Assembly: GCA_046483495.1 (NCBI GenBank) | Contig: JAWODC010000082.1 | Span: 6,551-70,550, forward strand | Source of the DNA: Desulfobacterales bacterium | GTDB taxonomy: Bacteria > Desulfobacterota > Desulfobacteria > Desulfobacterales > UBA5616 | Length of the DNA stretch: 64,000 nucleotides | Direction of reading: 5' to 3' | Part shown: positions 33,904 to 42,703 of the stretch, in pieces | Numbering within the stretch: position 1 is the stretch's first letter | How the letters are laid out: every line of letters starts with the position of its first letter | Position numbers and translations under genes: made by a program | The notes under the pieces: generated by a model | What the model was told of the DNA's origin: nothing | Database searches by the model: none | Seen by the model: the letters and a program-made list of their open reading frames with translations, nothing else

Positions 33904-34535
33904 CCGACCGGCTGCGCCTCTTTTTTCTCGACCAGGTTCACAACAAGATTCTCCGCCATATCCATACCGACCCGGTCCATGTTCAGCACCAAATCGTAAT
34001 GGCTCGGATCATCGATATGCTCGACATCCGTAAAAAAACCCAAAAACCGCCGCCTGATAAGATCGCGCTGACGAATGGATTTTTCCGCATCCGGCCGGGT
34101 CAGGTTGTAATTTTCCATCATGAACGCAATCCGGGATTCCATATTCTGCACCAGCAGAAGATGAACCGTATCCGGAAAATCCTTGAGGATGAATTGGCCG
34201 CCTCTGCCGATGATGATCATGTTCCCTTTATCATGAATTTCCAAAATAATCTTTCCGATCACATCCACATAATTCTTTTCATTGACAAAGCCGTAACTGT
34301 CCGAGAGATGCCTGTCGATAAAACGGGTGTTCACCAGTTTGTCGATGAACCGCATCAGCATGGAACCGCCCTCTTTTTCAAAATATTGGATCTGGGCGGA
34401 AGACACCTTGAGCTTGGACGCCGCCTCTTTTATCATATTTTCGTTGATGCAGCCATAGCCAAGCCGCGTCGACAATCGCGAGGCAAGCGTCCATCCTCCT
34501 GCTCCAAACAGTCGTGAGATGGTAATTACCGCCAT
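33900..34535 (-). CDS. Cytidylate kinase-like family protein
   Basis: VITISRLFGAGG P-loop, IIIGRGG, YDLVLN. Confidence 0.85.
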   Translation of the reverse strand: MAVITISRLFGAGGWTLASRLSTRLGYGCINENMIKEAASKLKVSSAQIQYFEKEGGSMLMRFIDKLVNTRFIDRHLSDSYGFVNEKNYVDVIGKIILEIHDKGNMIIIGRGGQFILKDFPDTVHLLLVQNMESRIAFMMENYNLTRPDAEKSIRQRDLIRRRFLGFFTDVEHIDDPSHYDLVLNMDRVGMDMAENLVVNLVEKKEAQPVG

Positions 34536-34918
34536 TTCCTGTAGTCCTCCGATAATGTTTTAATTTTTTTCATATTATCACGTTTTCATCGGAAGCTCAA
34601 AAATTTATAATTATTTCGAAAAGATTAAAAGTGTATAGATTAATTTGCTAAAAGAGTCAAAATTGTATATGTAAGCTTTTCAGGTTGTTTCGTCTATTTT
34701 TTTCACTTGAATAAAAATATCCTTCAAAAGTTCTTTTTCGATGACGAAAAAGCTATGATTATTCATGCTGAAAAGAAACTCCGGATATTTGCCAAAACCC
34801 CTAAACGACATGTAATCGAATTCTCATGCCCATCCGATAATGTCGGCCTGTCGGGTTCCTCAGGACCGGGGCCGTTATTTTTTGCCGAATTCTATACTTA
34901 TATTCTCCAATTCAATTC

Positions 34919-37813
34919 ATGAGCTATAATGATATGAATGAATCGATCCCTCTTTACAACAGCAGAATAACCAAGATTTATGTGGAATATCTCCAACAGT
35001 ATTACCCGGATATCGATTTGAAGTCTGTTTTAGATTATGCCGGGATGTCCAAAGAAGAACTTGAAGACCAGGCGCATTGGTTTTCACAATCCCAGGTTGA
35101 CCGGTTTCAGGAGGCGATAACTCAAAAAACCGGAAATCCGAATATCGCGAGAGAAGCCGGGCGCTATGGATTCTCTTCTGAAGCCTTAGGAATTGCAAAA
35201 CACTATATGTTAGGGCTGCTGAGCCTGACATCGCTTTACCTGCTTATCAGTAAAGTTTACTCCGTTTTCAGCAAGGCAGCAACGATAACCGGGAAAAAAA
35301 TCAGTCGAAATAAAGTTGAAATCATATGTTCCCCCAAACCGGGAGTAAGGGAAAAACTCTATCAATGCCAAAACAGAATTGGAATGTTCGAGTCTGTTGC
35401 CAAGCTTTTCACTTCTGATTTTGCCGACATAAAACATACATCGTGCTTTCATCGTGGAGCCTCATATTGCCGGTATGAAATTACATGGAAAAAAAAGACG
35501 TTTATGTTGTGGAAAGCCATCAGAAACTATTCCTACTTATTGGTTTCGGCGATGCTGATAATATCTTTTCCACTTATAGCGATGAAAAATTGGGTGCTTT
35601 TATTCGGCATCGGCTGTTCAATCTCGCTCATTTTTTCACTAATCCCGGAGATTCTTGAAAAACGGGAACTGACGAATGCTATCGAGCTCCAGGGTGAATT
35701 AGCGAAAAAAATCCTGGATGAAATGGAAATACGACACAAGAATGCCCTTTTAATACAGGACATAGGACAAGCGATTTCGTCCATTTTGAATATAGACAAG
35801 CTCGTACAAGCCATTGCGAAAAGCATGAAAAATTATATGGATTATGACCGAGGGCTGATCATGCTTACCAATAGTGACAATACATCTTTGTTGTTTAAAG
35901 CCGGATATGGTTATGATGAAGAAGATGAAGAACTGCTGTCTAAAACAACCTTCAACCTCAAAAATCCATACTCCAAAGGCATTTTTGTTATTGCTTACAA
36001 GAAGAAAAAGCCGTTCCTGATAAACAGCATCGATGAAATTGAAAACGATCTTTCATATAAGAGCTTGAAATTCGCAAGAAAAATGCATGCCCAATCCATG
36101 ATTTGCACGCCTATTGTATACGAAAAAGATTCACTTGGCATTCTTGCCGTTGATAATATCAGGACGAAGAGGCCTCTTACAAAAAGCGATTTAAACTTTC
36201 TAAATGGTGTGGCCTCTCAAATCGCCATCAGTATCAACAATGCCATATCATATCAAAAACTACAAGCGAGTGAATCGAAGTACCGGGATTTAGTTGAGAA
36301 TGCGAATAGCATTATCATGCGGCGAGACATCGAGGGAAAAATAATATTTTTCAATGAATTTGCACAAAAACTTTTTGATTTCAATGAAAATGAAATCATC
36401 GGAAAAAATTTTAATGACTTATTCCAAAAAGACCGTAAATCAGAAAAGGATAATTTTGGATCGATTATAGCTTTAATTCGGCAGAACCCAAATAAAACCA
36501 TCATAAACGAAGAAAAGGCGATACTGAAAGGCGGAAGACAAATTTGGATTACATGGACATATAAGCCCATTTTTAATGCGGAAGGTGCGTTGTTTGAAAT
36601 ATTATGCATCGGAAATGATATAACCGAGCTCAAAAAAGCGGCAATAGAAAAAAAACAACTGGAAGCCAGCCTTGAAAGGGCCCGAAAAATGGAGGCATTA
36701 GGGACTCTTGCAGGTGGCGTTGCACACGATCTCAACAATATTTTATCAGGCATTGTCAGCTATCCGGAGTTGCTGTTAATGGATCTTCCGCCTGAAAGTA
36801 AGCTTCGAAGACCTTTGGAAACCATACAGAAGTCGGGAGAAAAAGCGGCCGCCATCGTTCAAGACCTATTAACGCTTGCCCGAAGAGGAATCGTAAATAG
36901 AAAAATCATCAATCTAAATGATCTCATTATCGATTATTTGAAGAGCCCTGAATTCGAACATTTAAAGATGCGCCACCCGCGTGTTTCGATTCTTCATGAT
37001 CTTGATAAGAACTTACTGAACATCTCCGGATCTCCCATTCATCTGACAAAAACCGTCATGAATTTAGTGACCAATGCGGTGGAATCGATCGAGAATACGG
37101 GAAGTGTCACCATTAAGACGATGAATAAATATGTAAGTAAGGTTCTAACGACCTTCGATAAAGTAACTGAGGGAGATTACATAACCTTAACGATAATCGA
37201 TAACGGCATTGGAATTTCGGAAGAGGACATTGAACGAATCTTCGAACCCTTTTATTCGAAAAAGAAAATGGGTAAAAGTGGAACAGGTCTTGGTATGGCG
37301 GTAGTCTGGGGAACCCTAAAAGACCACAATGGGTACATCGATGTAAAGAGCAAGGAAGGTTCAGGGACCACGTTTACCATATATTTTCCCGCTACACGAA
37401 AATCCGGCACGGAAGTGGAGCATCCTGTTTTAAAGGAAGATTTGAAGGGAAATGGTGAGTTGTTGTTAATAGTGGATGATGTTGAAGAACAAAGAGAAAT
37501 TGCCGTTAAAATATCGGAGAGATTAAATTACAGGCCTGTAGCGGTTTCAAGCGGTGAGGAAGGCATAGACTTTGTAAAAAAGAATTCCGTTGACCTTCTT
37601 ATCCTCGATATGATTCTCGAGGGGGGTATGGACGGCCTTGAAACCTTCAAGAAAATTTTGCAAATTAATCCCAATCAAAAAGCCATTATTGTCAGTGGAT
37701 ACAGTGAAACCGACCGTGTTAAAGAGGCTCAAGAGCTCGGTGCCGGCTCCTATCTAAAAAAACCATTCATTCTTGAAGATTTTGCAAAATCTGTAAAATT
37801 AAATTTGAAATAA
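34919..37813 (+). CDS. Hybrid sensor histidine kinase (V4R/H-NOX-like N-domain, TM, GAF, PAS, HisKA, HATPase, REC)
   Basis: AHDLNNIL H-box, NLVTNA, DNGIGI, FEPF, GTGLG, receiver VDD/LILDM/KP; N-domain ends CFHRGASYCRYEITW. Confidence 0.92.
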   Translation: MSYNDMNESIPLYNSRITKIYVEYLQQYYPDIDLKSVLDYAGMSKEELEDQAHWFSQSQVDRFQEAITQKTGNPNIAREAGRYGFSSEALGIAKHYMLGLLSLTSLYLLISKVYSVFSKAATITGKKISRNKVEIICSPKPGVREKLYQCQNRIGMFESVAKLFTSDFADIKHTSCFHRGASYCRYEITWKKKTFMLWKAIRNYSYLLVSAMLIISFPLIAMKNWVLLFGIGCSISLIFSLIPEILEKRELTNAIELQGELAKKILDEMEIRHKNALLIQDIGQAISSILNIDKLVQAIAKSMKNYMDYDRGLIMLTNSDNTSLLFKAGYGYDEEDEELLSKTTFNLKNPYSKGIFVIAYKKKKPFLINSIDEIENDLSYKSLKFARKMHAQSMICTPIVYEKDSLGILAVDNIRTKRPLTKSDLNFLNGVASQIAISINNAISYQKLQASESKYRDLVENANSIIMRRDIEGKIIFFNEFAQKLFDFNENEIIGKNFNDLFQKDRKSEKDNFGSIIALIRQNPNKTIINEEKAILKGGRQIWITWTYKPIFNAEGALFEILCIGNDITELKKAAIEKKQLEASLERARKMEALGTLAGGVAHDLNNILSGIVSYPELLLMDLPPESKLRRPLETIQKSGEKAAAIVQDLLTLARRGIVNRKIINLNDLIIDYLKSPEFEHLKMRHPRVSILHDLDKNLLNISGSPIHLTKTVMNLVTNAVESIENTGSVTIKTMNKYVSKVLTTFDKVTEGDYITLTIIDNGIGISEEDIERIFEPFYSKKKMGKSGTGLGMAVVWGTLKDHNGYIDVKSKEGSGTTFTIYFPATRKSGTEVEHPVLKEDLKGNGELLLIVDDVEEQREIAVKISERLNYRPVAVSSGEEGIDFVKKNSVDLLILDMILEGGMDGLETFKKILQINPNQKAIIVSGYSETDRVKEAQELGAGSYLKKPFILEDFAKSVKLNLK

Positions 37814-37877
37814 AATCAGGATTATCATATAGCTCTCCAACAGAATGCAAAATTTTCCAACCCAATGGAACTATATT

Positions 37878-39257
37878 ATGCCACGACTTCTTTTAATCAA
37901 TCCCTCAAATCGACATAAAGGCTTAGGCAACATTCAACCAACAGCATTTCCGCCTTTAAATTTGCCCTATTTGGCGGCTTTGACACCCCGTCACTATCAA
38001 ATCGAAATTATCGATGAAAATATTGAGCCTTTCAGATTCAAGGAAGCTGATGTAGCAGCCATAACCTCCTACACAGCCACAGTAAACCGAGCATATCAAA
38101 TCGCCGATAGTTACCGTAAAAAAAATATTCCTGTGATTATGGGTGGCATACATGTATCCATGATGCCTGAAGAGGCAATAAGGTATTGTGATGCGGTTGT
38201 TGTTGGTGAAGCGGAATCCATTTGGGCGAAAGTGCTTGAAGATGTTGAAAATCACCGCCTCCAAAAAATATATAACGGCAAACGATTGGATTTGAAAGAT
38301 CTGCCCATCCCTGACCGAAGCATTCTAAAAAATTCGTACTATAGGTGGGGGAGCATCCAAACATCCCGGGGATGTCCAATGAACTGCTCGTTCTGCTCTG
38401 TCAGCGTCTTCAATGGAAGATCTTTTCGCAGAAGGCCGCTGGACAGCGTTATTGAAGAACTTGAAGGAATACCCCAAAAATGGATTCTGATCTGTGATGA
38501 TAATATCATAGGATATGGAAAAGAAGATCTGGAATGGGCCAGGCGGTTTTTTGAACGCGTAATAGAAAAAAAAATAAAAAAAATATTTTTTGCTCAGTCA
38601 TCCATTCAAATAGGAGAAGATAAGGAATTCTTGAAACTTGCTTCGAGAGCGGGACTCAGGATCGTTTTTGTCGGGATGGAATCGATCGACAAGAAAACCC
38701 TTAGTGCTTACGGCAAAAATGTTAATTTGGTGCGATTACAAAATAACCAATACAAAAACCTGATCGCCAATATTCGAAAAGCCGGAATTCTTTTCCTCGG
38801 GGCTTTCGTGGTCGGAGGCGACGGTGAGGATAAATCGGTATTCGATTCAACGCTGCAATTTATAAAATCTTCCGGTATTGACATACTTCAGGTTACCAAA
38901 TTAACACCTTTGCCCGGAACGAAAATATGGGAAAAAATGCATCAGGAAAAAAGAATGCTGAATCTGGAATATCCCCAGGCGTGGGACGATTTCCGCTTTT
39001 CGAGAATCTTATACCAACCTGCAGACATGGATATAGAAGATATATATGAAGGATATGCTTACCTGAAAAACAACTATTTCAGCCCTTTAGTGTCAGCAAA
39101 AAGAACCTTGTCTACACTAATGAATTTAAAGAGCCTTTCCTCGACAATAATAGCACACAAGATTAACAAATCGTATAAAAAGGCTTTTCGTGAGTCGGAC
39201 AATTTTCATTATGCCCAACGACCGGACTTGATCAAGAAATTTAGAATATCAGGATAA
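37878..39257 (+). CDS. Cobalamin-binding radical SAM protein
   Basis: PPLNLPYLAALTP, MGGIHVS, SRGCPMNCSFC, CDDNI, TPLPGT. Confidence 0.9.
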   Translation: MPRLLLINPSNRHKGLGNIQPTAFPPLNLPYLAALTPRHYQIEIIDENIEPFRFKEADVAAITSYTATVNRAYQIADSYRKKNIPVIMGGIHVSMMPEEAIRYCDAVVVGEAESIWAKVLEDVENHRLQKIYNGKRLDLKDLPIPDRSILKNSYYRWGSIQTSRGCPMNCSFCSVSVFNGRSFRRRPLDSVIEELEGIPQKWILICDDNIIGYGKEDLEWARRFFERVIEKKIKKIFFAQSSIQIGEDKEFLKLASRAGLRIVFVGMESIDKKTLSAYGKNVNLVRLQNNQYKNLIANIRKAGILFLGAFVVGGDGEDKSVFDSTLQFIKSSGIDILQVTKLTPLPGTKIWEKMHQEKRMLNLEYPQAWDDFRFSRILYQPADMDIEDIYEGYAYLKNNYFSPLVSAKRTLSTLMNLKSLSSTIIAHKINKSYKKAFRESDNFHYAQRPDLIKKFRISG

Positions 39258-39273
39258 TTTTTCCCCGGTTTTT

Positions 39274-39410
39274 CAATGCCGTCCAGGGATGGTTGATATA
39301 CTCCATTTCTAATATGGCCGGCAATTTTTAATCCCCATAATACTTAACGTATCCTGTGGTTAACATTTTTCGGTCGTCTTGAACTGAAGCGAATTTTTCT
39401 GATAACACTG
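39274..39410 (+). repeat. Copy B (degenerate) of the hairpin repeat
   Basis: CTCCATTTCT...TGGCCGG...TTAATCC...AATAC...TCCTGTGGTT...CTTGAACT aligns collinearly with the reverse complement of copy A. Confidence 0.6.
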
Positions 39411-39428
39411 TTTTAGAAAGCTTATGCA

Positions 39429-40241
39429 ATGAAATCGTTTGATTATTTAATGGACAGCAATAAAGAAACCTTGAGGTTGGACGTAAAAACCGATCCGGAC
39501 ACCGTGATAAAACAAGCAACCTGGGCAGGTTTAAAGAAGGGCATGAGGGTTGCCGATATGGGGTTTGGATCAGGCAAGACGAGTTACGCTTTGCATAAAT
39601 TAACAGGCGCTGATGGGGAAGTGGTGGGGTTGGATTTCGCTGAGGATAGAATTTCTTTTGCAAGAAAACATTACAAAAAAGATGGCATTGATTTTTTGTG
39701 CAAGGATATCCGCAAGCCGATCGAAGATGTTGGGACGTTTGATTTTATATACGTACGTTTTGTTCTTGAATACTACCGATCGGAAAGCTTTGATATTGTA
39801 AAAAACATTTCCGATGTGCTCAGCCCGAATGGGATCCTGACTCTCATCGATCTGGATCATAACTGTCTGAACCATTACGGTCTTTCAAAAAAGCTGGAGA
39901 TGACATTATTTGATATAATGGAAGTTCTGCAAAAAGAGGCTAATTTTGATCCGTATGCCGGCAGAAAGTTGTATCATTATCTTTGGGAACTTGGATATGA
40001 AGATATCGATGTCGACATGAAACCGCACCATCTGATATTCGGGGAACTAAAGGATATCGATGCTTATAATTGGACAAAAAAAGCTCAAGTTGCAGTAAAA
40101 AAGGCGGGATATGATTTCCCACGATATTCAGGCAGTTTTGATGCTTTTTATGATGATTTCATGGCCTTCTTCAACCATCCGGGCAGGTTTACGTATACCC
40201 CGTTGCTGTGCTGTAGGGGGAGAAAACCTGAAAATGCTTAG
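39429..40241 (+). CDS. Class I SAM-dependent methyltransferase
   Basis: VADMGFGSG, VVGLD, FDFIYVRFVLEY, DPYAGRKL. Confidence 0.9.
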   Translation: MKSFDYLMDSNKETLRLDVKTDPDTVIKQATWAGLKKGMRVADMGFGSGKTSYALHKLTGADGEVVGLDFAEDRISFARKHYKKDGIDFLCKDIRKPIEDVGTFDFIYVRFVLEYYRSESFDIVKNISDVLSPNGILTLIDLDHNCLNHYGLSKKLEMTLFDIMEVLQKEANFDPYAGRKLYHYLWELGYEDIDVDMKPHHLIFGELKDIDAYNWTKKAQVAVKKAGYDFPRYSGSFDAFYDDFMAFFNHPGRFTYTPLLCCRGRKPENA

Positions 40242-40386
40242 AAGTGGTTTCAAAACCTCCCCTCAGGCCCAATATCGGCGTTGGGATGAATGATTCAATT
40301 CTCAAAATACCTTATGTATTCCTGTGCTTGAATCCTTCCTCCCGCCTTGATCTTGGACCTGATTGAAGGTTTTGAAACCACTTCTA
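40239..40386 (+). mobile_element. Copy C: 148-bp MITE/REP-like element with perfect 20-bp terminal inverted repeats
   Basis: TAGAAGTGGTTTCAAAACCT (40239-40258) / AGGTTTTGAAACCACTTCTA (40367-40386); interior also pairs, with a tip hairpin AATAC-CTTAT-GTATT. Confidence 0.75.
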
Positions 40387-40430
40387 GAAGTATTTTCAAT
40401 CTTCGATTTTCGATTGCCGGTTGGTTAAGC

Positions 40431-42479
40431 CTATTTCTCAACGGCATTCACCCTTCTAAAAAGACGATGGAGGTTTCGAAAATAAGAATCCGAGTAATTT
40501 ACATTCAAAATCCACAGGTTGTAGATTTTTTCGTACTCCAAATTCCATGCAGAGGCGTAACCGGTTGGCAATAAAAGGACCGGAATGGTTTCTGTCTCAT
40601 AGTAACGGGAAACCCCTGAAAGCAAGGATGCCAAAATATCCGGTGCAACCTCGCTTTCATCTAAAATAAACAAAGAGATGCAGTTGGCAAGTTCGGATAA
40701 ATTCAGCCCCACATCGGATACATTGACCAGAACAACAGCCTTGAGCACATTGTCCTTTCGTAATGCCAATACCCGCTTTTCCCGCTTAAATCCCAATTGC
40801 TCGTAGTCATCCGCTGTTTGATCTCTTTCCGCATTCATATGATCGAGTTCGAAGGCATGCAGCATCAGACCGTCCGATATATTTTGGTAGTACAAAGCCA
40901 GTTCTTCATAGTCCGACGGCCGGGTTTTTTCAAGGCGCCATTCAGGCTGAAAATCCGTTTGGTCATCGGCGGACTTCCGGTAGTGCAGGTATAGAAAAGA
41001 ATCCAATGAGCAGGCCCTTTTATTGGCTATTTTTTCTGAAATGCCGCCAAAAACCCGGTTTGGGAATTTATTTTCCGGTCTGAAATAGCAGAACACATAA
41101 TTCATGTTGATGGTGGAAATATTATTGGATTCGTTGATAAATCTGCCGATTTGATTAAGAACATCCAAGCCGGCTTTAATCGAAATTCTGCTGTTTGCGG
41201 CGTAATGGTGAATCATCCAGGACTTTGCATACAGGCGTATAATGGCCATATGGCCTAATATTTCACCTTTTTCCTGATAGAGAAAGTGCCTGAACAATCG
41301 TTGAGACTTATTGTATACCTTCTCATAGATTTCTTTTATTGCTTCTTTTTTGGATGCAATGAAGGCATATTTCTCAGGATAGATAAATCCCGAGTCAAAG
41401 AAAAATCGCCACAGATCATTCATATAGACGGTGTTGCCCAAAAAATCGTTGGTATTTTTTGCCTGCCATAACAGCGCCAAAAGTTTCCCATGATCCTCGA
41501 TACACATGTGCAGAATCGCGGCGCCGCATCTGACGGTGTCTCCCCCTTTTTCATCATTTATCATGTTTCGGTAAAGAATTTGAACCATGCAGATTAAGTT
41601 AAGCGAATCCGCAAAACTGATTTGAACTTCGGGTATAACCATTCCGGGCACCAGCACGGCTCCGTCGAATGCTTCCTCAAGTGAAAATCCGGAACCGGAT
41701 ATATCAATCACCTTCAAATTGGTATATTCATGTGTGAATGGATGGGAAAATGACATGTATGGGGCCGGTACCAAACGCTGTCTTTCCGCTCGGTAATCTT
41801 TGGGCTTATAGCGGCGCACTTTCTGTTTTACAGGCTTTAGTATGATGTCGCCGGTCTTCATATCCGACAAATGGTCGATGATTTTACAATTTCCGGCATA
41901 GAGCATATGTCGATTATCGGAGATGAGCAGCATGACTTCCACTTCGGGGTCTACCCACAACAGAGACGCATAGTTCTTTTCAAAAATTTTGATGTGAAAC
42001 GATACAGGGTTGAAATCCAGCAGTTTTCCTTCAAAACAGACGCTGTTTTGAATCAGCTTGATTTCTACTCCTGTACAGGTAAACCGCCTCATCCTCCTGG
42101 ATTCGATTTCCAGACAGGTTTGGGGAAGCAGCACCCGAATACCCTTCTCATTCATATGAAAGTCCGGGGGTTTGACTACGATGACGTTTTTTTCGTTTAT
42201 GATGCTGATCTTGTCGAACATGTACAATTTGAGGTCGCGTAATTTATCCAATTCATACGGCTGCCACAAGCATAAGAGTTCTTCACCAAAACAAGGCTGT
42301 GGGGATGCTTTGATCGAAATGCAATGGTCATACGCAAGATGCTTGAAGTCGATCAGAACGAAACCATCCAGGAAGTTGATGTAGTTCAACTTGTTTACGA
42401 GATATTTTTTCCGGATCTCTTTCCTGGAAAGAATAATCTCTTCTGAATAGTTCGTATCGTCGTTTTGTTCTTTCAGCAT
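40431..42479 (-). CDS. Tandem PilZ-domain protein with a C-terminal GNAT/acyltransferase-like region
   Basis: RRMRR...DFNPVS and RAERQR...DISGSG PilZ-like motifs; C-terminal GEILGHMAIIR...WMIHHYAA beta pattern (GNAT call is inference). Confidence 0.7.
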   Translation of the reverse strand: MLKEQNDDTNYSEEIILSRKEIRKKYLVNKLNYINFLDGFVLIDFKHLAYDHCISIKASPQPCFGEELLCLWQPYELDKLRDLKLYMFDKISIINEKNVIVVKPPDFHMNEKGIRVLLPQTCLEIESRRMRRFTCTGVEIKLIQNSVCFEGKLLDFNPVSFHIKIFEKNYASLLWVDPEVEVMLLISDNRHMLYAGNCKIIDHLSDMKTGDIILKPVKQKVRRYKPKDYRAERQRLVPAPYMSFSHPFTHEYTNLKVIDISGSGFSLEEAFDGAVLVPGMVIPEVQISFADSLNLICMVQILYRNMINDEKGGDTVRCGAAILHMCIEDHGKLLALLWQAKNTNDFLGNTVYMNDLWRFFFDSGFIYPEKYAFIASKKEAIKEIYEKVYNKSQRLFRHFLYQEKGEILGHMAIIRLYAKSWMIHHYAANSRISIKAGLDVLNQIGRFINESNNISTINMNYVFCYFRPENKFPNRVFGGISEKIANKRACSLDSFLYLHYRKSADDQTDFQPEWRLEKTRPSDYEELALYYQNISDGLMLHAFELDHMNAERDQTADDYEQLGFKREKRVLALRKDNVLKAVVLVNVSDVGLNLSELANCISLFILDESEVAPDILASLLSGVSRYYETETIPVLLLPTGYASAWNLEYEKIYNLWILNVNYSDSYFRNLHRLFRRVNAVEK

Positions 42480-42671
42480 GCCGGATGCTTTTTATGGATG
42501 GAATTACATATCTCGAGGGGTTTTGTGAAGCGGTTTCGAACCCCTGTACAAGTAACACGTCATCGCGCCCGGTAACTGCCATTCGACCGAGTGAAGCCGC
42601 TTCAGTCGCAAGACGGTTGTGATTTGTAGCAAAATAAACGTGGAGTGTCAAGATATGCTGCGATTTTGAGC

Positions 42672-42688
42672 ATTTAAACAGTATAATT
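42672..42688. promoter_or_regulatory. Operator-like palindrome upstream of the PilZ gene promoter
   Basis: ATTTAAACAGTATAATT; minus-strand TTGACA at 42651-42646, then 17 nt, then TACAAA. Confidence 0.55.
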
Positions 42689-42703
42689 TATAGGGTGCCG
42701 CCC

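Noticed and set aside
34707-34922. 71-aa ORF before the kinase; includes TGCCCATCCGATAAT resembling the repeat terminus
   Set aside because: TTG start without an RBS and no motif; the repeat similarity is too short to call
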